This document shows, piece after piece, positions 54,137 to 64,000 of a stretch of 64,000 nucleotides of DNA. The position numbers and the translations under genes are program-made. How positions within the stretch are numbered: the first letter of the stretch is position 1; each line of letters opens with the position of its first letter. The stretch is from a virus, in the IMG/VR virus record IMGVR_UViG_3300044691_000113, positions 5,300-69,299 of that record; one strand, 5' to 3'. The notes beneath the pieces are model-generated. The model did not search any database and was not told where the DNA came from. It saw nothing but the letters and a program-made list of their open reading frames with translations.

Positions 54137-54571
54137 ATGCCAATGAATGAACCCCTTTGGTGGCTTACGAAAGACGGCGACAGAGACTGCCTCGAACTCT
54201 ACGAGCGGCATTACTCTGCGTATCGGTACAAGGACGGCCGGAAGCGAACGCAGTTTGTGGGACCAGGGGAAAAGGTCGTTTTACGGACGAGGGATGCAGA
54301 TGCGTTGTTTGTTTGGCGAAACTTCATCGACGACAGCGGGCAAGTCGGTATCAACTGCGCCATCTTTAGGAATGAAGGAGCGCATCGCAGCTCGGACCTC
54401 ATTCGCCAAGCGGACGCAATTGCTGATGCGCTCTGGCCTGATAGCAGGCATTACACCTACGTCGCACCGGAAAAGGTCGCGTCAAGGAATCCTGGCTATT
54501 GCTTTATCAAGGCCGGATGGCAGCGATGCGGGCGAACCAATACCGGGCTACTAATTCTTGAAAGACTCTAA
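54137..54571 (+). CDS. Mom-like GNAT-fold protein (putative DNA modification)
   Basis: ERHYS, QFVGPG, CAIFRNEG..SSDLI, YTYV...NPGYCFIKAGW pattern; family assignment from recall. Confidence 0.55.
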   Translation: MPMNEPLWWLTKDGDRDCLELYERHYSAYRYKDGRKRTQFVGPGEKVVLRTRDADALFVWRNFIDDSGQVGINCAIFRNEGAHRSSDLIRQADAIADALWPDSRHYTYVAPEKVASRNPGYCFIKAGWQRCGRTNTGLLILERL

Positions 54572-55695
54572 CGCCCCATCCGCTTCTTATTCCGGATGTC
54601 GAACCGCCCCACCTTCGAACTCTTCCCCAGCCGCGAGATGAACCGCTCCGCCGCAATCTGCGCGCTGGTAGCGTTCAGTCCTTCAATCAACTTCTCCAAC
54701 TGCTTCGCCGGAGGTATCGGCTCCGACTTGGGGAACTGCATGACGACATACTTGAATGCAGCGTCAAAAGCATGGTTGTCTTTATCGACTACCTTCTCCG
54801 TTTGGTTCTGGGTCATCAGTTGCCGCGCAGTGAGTTCGGCTCTCCGAATACGCTTGACCTCCCACAACAGGTTAGGCGAGTCGTAGGGGTGTAGCCCAGG
54901 CTGGCGCGCATCGCTCTCATTCCGGCACACAATGTACATCTTCGGTTTCTGGCTGTGGAGTTGTCCCCAGAGGTCGTCCTGAATCCGCTGAACGACGGCC
55001 AGGTCACTGCGTTCCCCCTCATACTTACGCAGTGACAAGCCAAGGTTCCTATATATAGATGCCGCGGCGACTAGCTGGCCTTCCTTGGTCGGCTCCTGGT
55101 CCCAGAAGATCGATGGGTCTGCATTGATCCATCGCATACGCTTCAGGTCGGGCATCCCCTTACCTGTGGGTTCTCCCGCTTCGTTCAGACCAAGAATCTC
55201 GCGGGTGTTGCTGGCAATGGTGTTGTCCCAGTCTTTCGTCTTGTAGCGGTAAAACTCGCCCGCGAAGTACTTGTTGCCCTCATGGTCGATGTAGCACTTC
55301 TCCAGCGTGGTCGGGTTGGTACTCCCGTGATCGAAGCCTCCCACCACGCCCCACTCCGGATTAGGTGCCCACGCTGGGTCTCGGATGACGATGACCGAAC
55401 CGTAGCGGGTCAGGATGTCAGCAAAGACACGCTCACCGCCGCCCGCTTCGTCGACGATCTCGTACTCCCGCTCCCAGCCAGACTTGTTGCTGTCGTACTC
55501 CAGCCGCTTCATGTCGTACCAAGCTTTGCCTGCGGGTGTGGCTGGATCTCGGTCAGGGTCCGCAGAGTAGTGGATGCGTCCCACGGGGATGCCATTCGCC
55601 TTGCGCTTCACAGAGAAGCCGCGCACCACTTCGACGAGGGTCTGCTTCGGCACCCGGCTCAACTCCTCCAGCGCTCTGGCAAGTTCCGGGGTCAT
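54568..55695 (-). CDS. terL: Terminase large subunit, C-terminal nuclease part
   Basis: Start re-called at ATG 55695 (ATGA overlap); RIHYSADP, WEREYEI, GFDHGSTNPT, ADPS, DKDNHAFDA RNase H-like motifs. Confidence 0.85.
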   Translation of the reverse strand: MTPELARALEELSRVPKQTLVEVVRGFSVKRKANGIPVGRIHYSADPDRDPATPAGKAWYDMKRLEYDSNKSGWEREYEIVDEAGGGERVFADILTRYGSVIVIRDPAWAPNPEWGVVGGFDHGSTNPTTLEKCYIDHEGNKYFAGEFYRYKTKDWDNTIASNTREILGLNEAGEPTGKGMPDLKRMRWINADPSIFWDQEPTKEGQLVAAASIYRNLGLSLRKYEGERSDLAVVQRIQDDLWGQLHSQKPKMYIVCRNESDARQPGLHPYDSPNLLWEVKRIRRAELTARQLMTQNQTEKVVDKDNHAFDAAFKYVVMQFPKSEPIPPAKQLEKLIEGLNATSAQIAAERFISRLGKSSKVGRFDIRNKKRMGR

Positions 55696-56444
55696 ACGGC
55701 ATCCACGTCGCGCCGGAGATCGGAATAAGGGCCGATGCCAGCGGAAGAGTTGAAGACGATCTTCTGTGCGCCCGTGCCCAGAGCGTTCGAGAGGCACTGA
55801 ACGGCGTCAGGCTGGAACGAACTTTCATCATTGAAATACGACCACGGGTGATACGAACGGATAGCCTCCGCGCCTCCGGGTAGACCGATGATCTTGCCGC
55901 CATGCGCGAACTCGAGAACGTCCGACGCCTGCTGCTTGCTCGGCTTTACCAATGGGAACGCCTCGCGCAACCACATCGGCTGACAGTCGTAGAGGCACTT
56001 CGCGTAGTCGACCATCTCCTCCATCTTCGTTTTGACGAGAGTCTGAAAGATACACTCACGCGCCGGAACCATCATCGCCTGCCAGGTGAAGTACCCGACG
56101 ATGCCCCAGGTCACCATCATGTCGCGGGACTTCTCCCAGAAGGTGATCTTCTCCGCGTGGATGAGGTCGAGCATCGGTTCAAAGTACGGCTTGTTCGGGA
56201 ACGGCTCGAACGGGCTGTTGCAGCCTTCCTCCTGCCAATGCGGGTTGAAGGTCTTCGTGCTGGTACTCAACCAGCGCCAGGGCGTAGCTGTAGCCTCCCG
56301 CACCCGCCGCTGCGTCTCCTCGTCAGAAGTAGCGGACGCCTTCTGCTGTGACCTTGCCCGCTCCTCCTCAATCTGGTTGACACGATGCCGCGCCACAGCC
56401 CGCAGGTACACCTCGTGCGGCGTCAGCTCGAGCAGGGCAGACAA
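55692..56444 (-). CDS. terL: Terminase large subunit, N-terminal ATPase part
   Basis: EKSRDMMVTW Walker A variant, YFNDESSF Walker B, VFNSSA motif III, then stop. Confidence 0.85.
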   Translation of the reverse strand: MSALLELTPHEVYLRAVARHRVNQIEEERARSQQKASATSDEETQRRVREATATPWRWLSTSTKTFNPHWQEEGCNSPFEPFPNKPYFEPMLDLIHAEKITFWEKSRDMMVTWGIVGYFTWQAMMVPARECIFQTLVKTKMEEMVDYAKCLYDCQPMWLREAFPLVKPSKQQASDVLEFAHGGKIIGLPGGAEAIRSYHPWSYFNDESSFQPDAVQCLSNALGTGAQKIVFNSSAGIGPYSDLRRDVDAV

Positions 56445-56445
56445 G

Positions 56446-56979
56446 CTAGTTTACCCGTGGTGGCGCGAAGGCCCCATGCTCGGCGTAATAGCGCATCTCT
56501 TCGATCGTGCGGCCCTCGAAGAACTTGTCCGGATTCTTCAGCGGTTGGTCCAGACCGAGGATCCTGCCCATGGCTTCAGCCGCCGCGACCTGCCCGCTGA
56601 TTGAGCCGCGTGTCTTTTCGACGGGGATCTGCGACAACTCATCCAGCCTCGAGAGAACGTAGTCACGGGTGTAGCCCTTGCTGTGCAGGAGCCGCACTTC
56701 AGACTTCACCATCTCGACCATCATTCGTTCGCGGTAGACCTCGATGTACTTCTGGACCGGCTTGCGATGGTAGACCCGACTCGACTCCTCCGCCGTGTAG
56801 CCACACTTCTTGCCAGCATCGACGATGCGCTTCGTCTGGTTGGTGTTCGTGGTGCCGTCGCCCTTCATGACGAGGTGACAGAACAGGGTCTCCACTTGGC
56901 CGAGCGGAGGTTCTTTGCGTGGTGCTCGCGGCTTCGCTGGCTTCTTCGGGGTTGCGGCCTTCTTCTTAGGGGTTGGCAT
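56446..56979 (-). CDS. terS: Terminase small subunit
   Basis: 177 aa directly upstream of terL; FCHLV..AGKKCGY..PVQKYI..TRDYVLSRL..AAEAMGRILG helical pattern. Confidence 0.7.
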   Translation of the reverse strand: MPTPKKKAATPKKPAKPRAPRKEPPLGQVETLFCHLVMKGDGTTNTNQTKRIVDAGKKCGYTAEESSRVYHRKPVQKYIEVYRERMMVEMVKSEVRLLHSKGYTRDYVLSRLDELSQIPVEKTRGSISGQVAAAEAMGRILGLDQPLKNPDKFFEGRTIEEMRYYAEHGAFAPPRVN

Positions 56980-59900
56980 CTGCTCTCCGTACTGCTTCCG
57001 GATTCCTTCGTAACAGGTTCATCCGTTTCTTGTCCATCTCAGGCTTCAGGATACGACGCTCTGCCGGCGTTGCGAGATTGTTATAAACCTCGCGTGCATC
57101 GGCGTAGCTCATATTCTTGAACTCTTTCTGGAGGTACTCTGTGTGACCCGCCTTCAGCGCCATGTGCATGGAGCGCACCGTAGGCGCCTTCACGATCGCA
57201 TCCTGGTCCTGCCGGTCCTTCACCTGCTGCGGGGTCAGCGGTGTGCGGCGTGCGCGGAGTATCTCCTGCATCCTTGCCTCTGCCGGGGTCAGGTCGCGCT
57301 CTCTCGATGTGGGACTCAGGCCCGCAGTCTTCAGCACCTTCGTCATGGTGGACTGGCCGCCGTGCTTGTCGGTGAAGCCCTGCGCCGCAATCGGCTTCGG
57401 CAGCCCGTACTTTACCGCCTCCGCCACCTGCTGATACAGCGGTGCGTTCGGGTCGTAGACGTAGTTGTTGAAGAAGTCGCGGTTTTCGAGGAGGTCCACG
57501 AAGTTACCCGCTGTGCCAGACATGGATCCACGGACGTACTCGCGGGGATGCAGATAAGCGTGCTCGAAGTCCTTGAAGCCAGTCGGCAGCGAGATACGCT
57601 CCGGCTTGCCCGTGCGCGCATCCACCTGGCCGGTGCGCGGGTGAGTCATCTCTAGGAGCAGATGCCCGTCGTCACCTTCCGCGAACTCCCACGGGTACTT
57701 CTCCGTCCACAACTTCGTTAGGATCGTGCCGAGGACCACCGTCGCCGCCGCCATGCCGAGGAGCCAAGCCTGATTCATCCCAATCTTCGGGACATACTCG
57801 CCGGCTGGCCGCTGCTTCTTGCCTGCCTTCGCGTCTTCGATCATCGCCTGAATAGGGTCAGCAAACGCATGGTAGGCTTCCGGACCCGCCGCGGAACCAG
57901 CCCCGCGCCAGTTGCCCAGCTTCCACGTAACCGAGCGGAAGTTGAATTGCGCCACACTCTTGAACGTGTTGTTCCACAGGATGTTCGAGAAGTTCATCTC
58001 ACCGAAGCGGTTCTCAGCGGTGTCGATGACCTTGCGCGCTATCGCCGCCCGGGTGGTGTCACCGTTCGCGAGCGCCGTCCGGTTCTCGACGAGCTGCTGT
58101 GAATACTGCGCCAGCGCGAAGCCTAATTTGAGACGTGGAATGTAGTGTTCGAACAGAGGCGACATGATGACCTCGTTCGCCCAAGGCATCAGCCGGAGCA
58201 TTGCACCGCCGTAGTTCTTGTCGGTGATGGCCTGCCGCACCGACTTCATCATGGACACCTTGTAATCGGGGTTCATGCCCCACTGGTAGCCGCCCGTGAA
58301 TAGATCGTCCATCATCGCCGGAGCGTCCGGGTGCTGCTGTAGGAAGGAAGCCCCACGCTTTGTCTTGGCGAAGTTCTGCAGGTTGTCTACCATCTTGAGC
58401 AGGCTGCCGCCCGTGCGCGCCATCAGGACCGGCGCCGCCATCGACGTCGCAATCTCCTTGACGCCCTTCATCGCCTCCGTACCCTCACCCAGGCGGATAC
58501 CGTTGTTCCACAGCCGTTGCACGCCGAGGCCGAACTGCGAACCCATCGCCTCCACCGTCTCAAAGCCGAAGTGGAACGGCGACAGGCCAAGCTCGATCAT
58601 CGTCGAGATGTTCTTCGCCGCCATCAGAACCTTGCCGATCGCGTTCTCGCGGATGAGGTCGCGGGAGAGGTAGTTATTCAGCGTGCGCCCGGCAGACGGT
58701 TCCAGATACCACTCGCCCGCCTGGACCATGCCCTCGCCGGAGGAGGCAGGGAAGAAGCTCTTGGCGATACGGTCATCCAGCTTCACCCACCCGTCAGGCC
58801 GCTTATCGCCGGGTTTGACGAACTTGCGGAGTCCCAGCTTCTTCAAGTCGCGCCAGTGATCTTGAGCGGTGATGTACTGCATCATGCTCTGCTGCGCGAG
58901 GGTGAACATCTTCCACGGGTTCGTCGAGACCGGCACGCCGCCGTAGTGGATGCCCTCGGAGATGGTGTCGAGCGTCGCCCGCTTCATAAAGCCCTTGTCA
59001 CCCTCGAACGGACGCCGCCCCTGGCCGACTCCGGGCCGCGCCGTCGTGTTGCCGTGGGTGCCACTGGGATCCGGAATAACCTTCCACAGCACGCGGTAGT
59101 GATCTTCCTTCGCCGTCATGCTCGGCTTGTAGACCTGCGCCCGGTCGAATGTCGCCTTGTCGATCGTCCGCATCAGCGTCTCAATCTTCTGCAGCGTCGG
59201 GTCGATCTGGCCTACTCCCATCTTGTAGCGGTCGATAAAGGCCAGCCGCGCCGCCTCCGGCATCTTGTCGAAGAACTTCTCGAGGCCGCCTTCCATCCGA
59301 TCGAGCATGAACCGGGCTTTCTCCCGTTCACCCTTGGCCTTGAAGAGGGAGTCGAGCGCGTCCTGGTTGGCACCAATGCGGGGATAGAGGAGCGCCGCCG
59401 TCTGGATTCCTGCCTTGCGCACGGTCTCAAGGGTGGTGCCGATGTGTGGGGCAATCTCCTTCTCCCAGAGCTTCTGACCCTGTTCCACCATGAACTCCGC
59501 AACGATGTCCGCGCCAAAGAAGGAGGAGCGCAGGACAACGCCCTTCGATGGTGGCTTCTCCTCGTCCTCGTGGTCGTCGTCATTGGATAGCTCCTTCGAC
59601 TCTTCCTCATCTTCCGCCTCGTCCTGCGTCTGGCCCGTATTGTCTGCCTCTGCGGTAACCGCCTGCGTCATGGCGAGGTCCCCGTCGAGGTCGCTCTTAC
59701 CGATGCCGAGCGAGACGTTCACCTTCTTGAGTTCGGCCTGAACCTCTTTCAGTTCGTCGGCCTGGTCGGACTTGCCACCCTCGGCGTACTGCTTCAGCTT
59801 CGCGGCACGCTCCTCGGCAACCTTGATCGAGTCGAGCATCTCGCCAACCCTATCCGGCAGACTGCGGAGGCGTTGGTCGATCGAGCGGCCGAGCGACTCC

Positions 59901-62900
59901 ATCGTCATCTTCGGAGCGTCGAAGGTCTCATCTCCGGTGTACGGCAGGTTGTAGCGAAGCACCTCTTCGCCAAGTCGCTCCGTCCGCATCACGGAGACGC
60001 CCTGCCCATTCATCGTCAGATAGAAGTTGCCCGGGGGAACCTCCATAGCCTTGAGGTATTCGAACGCGGTCTCTTTGTCGGTGAACTTCTGGCCGTCCAC
60101 ATCGAGTTGGTAGCCTTCGCCGTCTTTGCCGACCGCCTCCGCATACTTCGCCGCGGCTGATTCGACTGCCGCCATGCGTCCCTTATTGCGTGCCACCTGC
60201 CCCTGTGCCTCCGCGATGCGCTGCTGTGTGGCTCTGCGAGCCGCTTCCTCGCTACGCTGGAGAGACTGTAGCTGTACCAGCCGCCGCTCAAGCTCCATCT
60301 TCTGCTTCACTGCAGGATTGCCGGAGGCCGCAATCTTCATCTCCTCGGCAGACATCACCTGCTCGCCGGCCGCGTCGATCATCGTACGGCCGTGATACTT
60401 GCCCGTCATCACCTGATGGATAAACTCGGCCTTCGTCTGGAGAGTCTGCGCCATGTACGCATCGAAGCTCTTAGTGGTGAGATAGTTCGAGACGTCCACT
60501 ACGGGATTGAGGTTGCCCTGGCGCTCGATGCGCCCACGTCGTTGCTCGAGGTCGCCCGGACGCCACGGCAGGTCAACATTGTGCAACCGGATCATCCGCG
60601 TCTGCGCGTTCATGCCGGCGCCCATCTTCTTCGTCGAGCCAAAGATCACCCGGAGGACTCCAGAGTTCATCTGGTCGAACATCCGCTGCTTGTCCTCTTT
60701 GGTCTTCGCCTCGTTGATGATGGCAATCTGGTCAGGCTTCATCCCCAATTTGAGGAGCTTGTCGCGCATGTCGTGATAAAGGTTCAGCCGGGTCTTCGGC
60801 TTAGCGCCATCTACACCCTCCTCGTAGGCGCGGAACATATCGAGGAAGACGGCTTGCGTGCCTTTCACGTCGCCAGCTTCACGGTAGGTTCTGAAGATTT
60901 CCTCGACCGCTTGGTTGATCTTCGAGTCAGGGTCGTCGGGGTACTTCGCATCGACGAGCCGCATGTCGGTCGCAGCCTTCCGCCCATCGGAGGTGATCTT
61001 CAGCATGTTGTCCACGCTGGGGTCTGGTTTAGCACCCTTCTTGCCGGAGACGGCCAGCGCCCGGTCCATCAACTCCTTCACGTACTCGTCGACCGCATCG
61101 GAAGCCGCTACCGTGATGATGGTCTCCTTGCCGTCCTTCAGCTTGGGAACAGGCAGGTTCAGGTCAGCCTTCGTCTTCACGTCGGTGAATGCCCGGAACA
61201 TCTGCATCAGCTCGGGGACGTTGACGAACTTCGCGAACTTAGTGCGGGCCTTGTAGCTGCGCCCATCCGCCGACAGTTCCATGCTGGTGATCGCCTCGCC
61301 GAAGTTGGCGGCCCAGTCGTCGAAGAACTTGATGCCCGCCTTCTGGAGGATGTCTGGCGCGACGTACTTGTTCTGGCTGTAAAGCTCGGCCATGGTGTTC
61401 TGGACCGGCGTGCCGGAAGCGAAGATGACGCCGCGCCCGTTGTAGGTGTCCTGCAGGTACTGGGTCTTAGCCAGCAACCGCGTACCCTTCTTCGACGACG
61501 ATTGACCCAGCCCGGACACGCGCTGCATCTTTGTGTAGAAGGCGAGGTTTTTGTACTCGTGAGCCTCGTCAACGTAGAGGCGATCGACGCCCATTTCATC
61601 GAAGTTGATGGTCTTGTCGGCCTTGAGGTCTTTGAGCTTGTCCATGCGGGTGCGCAGAGCGTCCATCGACTTCTGCATCTGCTTCACCGTTCTCTTGTTT
61701 TCCGTTCCGCGCTGGGATTCGAGCGCCCGGATAGTCTCGCGGAGCTCGTCTAGTTCACCCTGCATCGTCTTCTCCATCCGCTCAGGGGAGATGTCCATGA
61801 GGTCGAACTGCGAGTGCGGGAGGATTACCGCGTCGAAATCGCCGGTTGCGATCTTCGCCATGATCTTATTGCGGTTCTTGGCGTTGAAGTCGTCTTTGGT
61901 CGGGACCAGCAGCGTTGCGCCGGGGTACAGCAGCATGAACTCTTTGCGCCACTGGCCGACCAGATGGTTCGGCACGGCAATCATCTGCTTCTTCGCCAGC
62001 CCCAGCCGCCGCGACTCCATCACCGCCGCCACAATCTCGAAGGTCTTGCCGGCGCCTACTGTGTGCGCGACGAACCCGCGGCCCTCTTGGAGTAGCTGCC
62101 AGACGAGATTGACCTGGTGAGCGTTCAGCTTGATGGCTGGATTCATGCCGGGGAAGGTGAGGTGTGAACCGTCGAACTCTGCCCGGACGAGGTTGTTGTA
62201 CGTGTAGTTGTAAGCCTTCTCGAGGTGCGGTCCCCACGTCGGGTGCTCGCTCGCGTAGTCGTGGAAGTCTTTGGCGATCTTCTCCTGCATCGCCCTGGCC
62301 GCGTTGGTGGCGTCCACATCGAGGCCGCCGCTTGAGCCGTCAGCGTTTGGCGGGAAGTTCACCGTCGTCTGCTTCTGGTTCAGCATGTCCGTCATCAGTT
62401 CGTCGGCGTGGCGCTTCGGGGTTCCGTAGAGGGTCGTGGCCTCAACCGTTGGCCTAACGTTGTCGACCTTCCAGAGACCAGCCACGTTCGAGACCGTCGA
62501 CGGGGAACTGAGCTTGTCCTGAATGAAGTTCTCGATCGTCCTGGTCGGTATCCACGTCTGGCCCAGCCGGATGTTGACATCCTTGATGGGGATGGTCTCG
62601 GGGACTGCCTTCGTCAGAGCGTCGACATTGCGCTGGTACTCCTTGTTGCCTTGCTCGACGGCGGCGGTCGCGTCAGCCAGCTTGTCGCGGACATAGCCGG
62701 AGAGGTAGTTTGTCGGCGTCTCGTACTTGCCGGATAGCGGGTCTTTGTAGACGAGGTTCTTGTCGATGAGCGCCTTTGCTACTTCCGCCGCAGATTTGCC
62801 CTGCAGCTTCGCAATCAGCCCCACATCGGGGAATCCGCTCTCGCCGAGGATCTGCTGCAATGCCTCCTGTGGGTCGGGGGATACGCTGGTGAGGGTCTCG

Positions 62901-64000
62901 CGGGGAAAGATGGTGCGCTTGGAGAAGATGTCAGCCGGCGTCGCCACCCTCGTCGCCCGGTCGTAATTCTCGAGCGCCAGCAGCCGTGGGTAGTGCGGAT
63001 CGTCCTCGAAGAGGTTGTTTACCGGAGCGTTCAGCAGACCATTCTTTTTGACGAACGCATCGTATTCCTTTTTCAGCGCGCCACGCTGTCGGGCGATGAT
63101 GGCATTGTTCGCGTCATCGTTGGGCGACACCTTCATCTGCGTCAGGAGGTCGTTGAGTTCATCCCTCAGACCTACCAAGTCCTTTAGACGTTCGATCTTA
63201 CGGAGGCTTACCGTGCCGAACTTGTCAGTGACGATGGGCGGCTTTACCAGCTTACCCTGTGCCCGCTGGAGGAGCTTGCCGTCTTTGACGATGTACTGAC
63301 CCTCCTGCAGGTTGTCCGGAGCGAACGCCGCGGCAGTGTCGGCCTGCTGGCTCCCCTGCTTCGTCTCCTCCATGGTCCCGATAGGCACGCGCTTGAACGC
63401 GGCATTCATCAGGTCGGCCATGCTCTTGTCAGTGTGCGGATCCAGTGAGAAGCGGTCGTCACGATCGCTATACATGCTCGACGCCAGCGGCTTGCCCAGC
63501 AGGTTGTCGGGATGATCTTTGTAATACTCGTTGACATGGAGCGTCTGCATCGCGCCCTGATCGTTGGGAACCTGCGTCTCAATCGAGTTGACCCACGCCT
63601 CACCCTTGGCTGGTTGGCCGGGAGCACGCTTGCGCAGGAGGATGAGGTCGGTGGTGACGGACGTGCCGGCAGTCGCCTTGAATGCGGTCGACGGCAACCG
63701 GAATGCGGCGAGGAGGTCCGCTTTGCTCGCCAGTATCTCGCGGATGGCCTTCCCCCGCGCATCCATCGAACCAGTGCCAGTGATAAAGGCTACCACTCCG
63801 CCAGGGCGAACCTTGTCCAGCGCCTTCACGAAGAAGTAGTCGTGAATCTGCGCCTTCAGCTTCGGATACTTTGGGTCGTAGATGGAGCCGCCAAAGGGAA
63901 CGTTGCTGATGGCCAGGTCGACCGAGTTGTCCGCGAGGATGAGGTCTTTGAAGTCCTTGTTGTAGAGCTGCGCGTCGGGGTAGAGCTGCTTCGCGATGGC
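56966..64000 (-). CDS. Giant DarB-like protein: N6-adenine methyltransferase plus SNF2-type helicase plus long C-terminal region (5' end outside window)
   Basis: Frame open to the window edge with DLAISNVPF and IHDYFF..ALDKVRPGG MTase motifs; AHTVGAGKT, VDEAHEYKN, SGTPVQN, GAGMNAQ, QRRGRIERQGN helicase motifs; over 2300 aa. Confidence 0.88.
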   Translation of the reverse strand, partial: AIAKQLYPDAQLYNKDFKDLILADNSVDLAISNVPFGGSIYDPKYPKLKAQIHDYFFVKALDKVRPGGVVAFITGTGSMDARGKAIREILASKADLLAAFRLPSTAFKATAGTSVTTDLILLRKRAPGQPAKGEAWVNSIETQVPNDQGAMQTLHVNEYYKDHPDNLLGKPLASSMYSDRDDRFSLDPHTDKSMADLMNAAFKRVPIGTMEETKQGSQQADTAAAFAPDNLQEGQYIVKDGKLLQRAQGKLVKPPIVTDKFGTVSLRKIERLKDLVGLRDELNDLLTQMKVSPNDDANNAIIARQRGALKKEYDAFVKKNGLLNAPVNNLFEDDPHYPRLLALENYDRATRVATPADIFSKRTIFPRETLTSVSPDPQEALQQILGESGFPDVGLIAKLQGKSAAEVAKALIDKNLVYKDPLSGKYETPTNYLSGYVRDKLADATAAVEQGNKEYQRNVDALTKAVPETIPIKDVNIRLGQTWIPTRTIENFIQDKLSSPSTVSNVAGLWKVDNVRPTVEATTLYGTPKRHADELMTDMLNQKQTTVNFPPNADGSSGGLDVDATNAARAMQEKIAKDFHDYASEHPTWGPHLEKAYNYTYNNLVRAEFDGSHLTFPGMNPAIKLNAHQVNLVWQLLQEGRGFVAHTVGAGKTFEIVAAVMESRRLGLAKKQMIAVPNHLVGQWRKEFMLLYPGATLLVPTKDDFNAKNRNKIMAKIATGDFDAVILPHSQFDLMDISPERMEKTMQGELDELRETIRALESQRGTENKRTVKQMQKSMDALRTRMDKLKDLKADKTINFDEMGVDRLYVDEAHEYKNLAFYTKMQRVSGLGQSSSKKGTRLLAKTQYLQDTYNGRGVIFASGTPVQNTMAELYSQNKYVAPDILQKAGIKFFDDWAANFGEAITSMELSADGRSYKARTKFAKFVNVPELMQMFRAFTDVKTKADLNLPVPKLKDGKETIITVAASDAVDEYVKELMDRALAVSGKKGAKPDPSVDNMLKITSDGRKAATDMRLVDAKYPDDPDSKINQAVEEIFRTYREAGDVKGTQAVFLDMFRAYEEGVDGAKPKTRLNLYHDMRDKLLKLGMKPDQIAIINEAKTKEDKQRMFDQMNSGVLRVIFGSTKKMGAGMNAQTRMIRLHNVDLPWRPGDLEQRRGRIERQGNLNPVVDVSNYLTTKSFDAYMAQTLQTKAEFIHQVMTGKYHGRTMIDAAGEQVMSAEEMKIAASGNPAVKQKMELERRLVQLQSLQRSEEAARRATQQRIAEAQGQVARNKGRMAAVESAAAKYAEAVGKDGEGYQLDVDGQKFTDKETAFEYLKAMEVPPGNFYLTMNGQGVSVMRTERLGEEVLRYNLPYTGDETFDAPKMTMESLGRSIDQRLRSLPDRVGEMLDSIKVAEERAAKLKQYAEGGKSDQADELKEVQAELKKVNVSLGIGKSDLDGDLAMTQAVTAEADNTGQTQDEAEDEEESKELSNDDDHEDEEKPPSKGVVLRSSFFGADIVAEFMVEQGQKLWEKEIAPHIGTTLETVRKAGIQTAALLYPRIGANQDALDSLFKAKGEREKARFMLDRMEGGLEKFFDKMPEAARLAFIDRYKMGVGQIDPTLQKIETLMRTIDKATFDRAQVYKPSMTAKEDHYRVLWKVIPDPSGTHGNTTARPGVGQGRRPFEGDKGFMKRATLDTISEGIHYGGVPVSTNPWKMFTLAQQSMMQYITAQDHWRDLKKLGLRKFVKPGDKRPDGWVKLDDRIAKSFFPASSGEGMVQAGEWYLEPSAGRTLNNYLSRDLIRENAIGKVLMAAKNISTMIELGLSPFHFGFETVEAMGSQFGLGVQRLWNNGIRLGEGTEAMKGVKEIATSMAAPVLMARTGGSLLKMVDNLQNFAKTKRGASFLQQHPDAPAMMDDLFTGGYQWGMNPDYKVSMMKSVRQAITDKNYGGAMLRLMPWANEVIMSPLFEHYIPRLKLGFALAQYSQQLVENRTALANGDTTRAAIARKVIDTAENRFGEMNFSNILWNNTFKSVAQFNFRSVTWKLGNWRGAGSAAGPEAYHAFADPIQAMIEDAKAGKKQRPAGEYVPKIGMNQAWLLGMAAATVVLGTILTKLWTEKYPWEFAEGDDGHLLLEMTHPRTGQVDARTGKPERISLPTGFKDFEHAYLHPREYVRGSMSGTAGNFVDLLENRDFFNNYVYDPNAPLYQQVAEAVKYGLPKPIAAQGFTDKHGGQSTMTKVLKTAGLSPTSRERDLTPAEARMQEILRARRTPLTPQQVKDRQDQDAIVKAPTVRSMHMALKAGHTEYLQKEFKNMSYADAREVYNNLATPAERRILKPEMDKKRMNLLRRNPEAVRRADANP

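Larger units (their letters stand above)
1..64000. mobile_element. Temperate tailed phage genome (excised/circular form, incomplete in this window)
   Basis: Portal, scaffold, capsid, terminase, integrase, cI/cro, DnaB and lysis genes; no host housekeeping genes; attP is internal. No tape-measure or sheath gene recognised, so podovirus-like morphology is inferred. Confidence 0.95.

Noticed and set aside
1-64000. CRISPR array, diversity-generating retroelement, retron or IS element
   Set aside because: No regularly spaced repeats, reverse transcriptase motifs, TR/VR pair or transposase seen by eye. The Cas4-like nuclease is in a recombination context.

Overview
The whole window appears to be most of the genome of a temperate, probably podovirus-like, tailed phage in its excised form. 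An intact attP (3' half of tRNA-Arg(ACG), 30133-30180) is flanked by phage genes on both sides. The host is inferred to be Acidobacteriota, from the style of the integrase N-terminus and the secreted beta-helix protein; this rests on recalled similarity, not a search. Layout: (i) minus-strand late region 1-27.9 kb (fibre-like proteins, lysis genes, portal, scaffold, major capsid, adaptor/nozzle, ejection proteins), punctuated by five copies of one promoter motif (AAAAATGGTAGGGTACGC); (ii) a small-gene cluster beside attP (27.9-30 kb); (iii) a leftward early operon cro - initiator - loader - xis - int - HNH (38.5-30.2 kb); (iv) cI and a rightward operon with recombination genes, a Rad50-like ATPase, DnaB and anti-defence candidates (38.6-54.6 kb); (v) minus-strand giant DarB-like protein (5'-truncated), terS and a terL split into two genes (64-54.6 kb). 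Most unusual observations: small genes beside attP that look like detached fragments of major capsid proteins (one behind a twin-arginine signal), an HNH nuclease fused to a copy of the integrase arm-binding domain, late fibre-like genes with Sec signal peptides, the split terminase, and two structured non-coding regions. All family calls come from motif recognition by eye and need HMM or structure confirmation.
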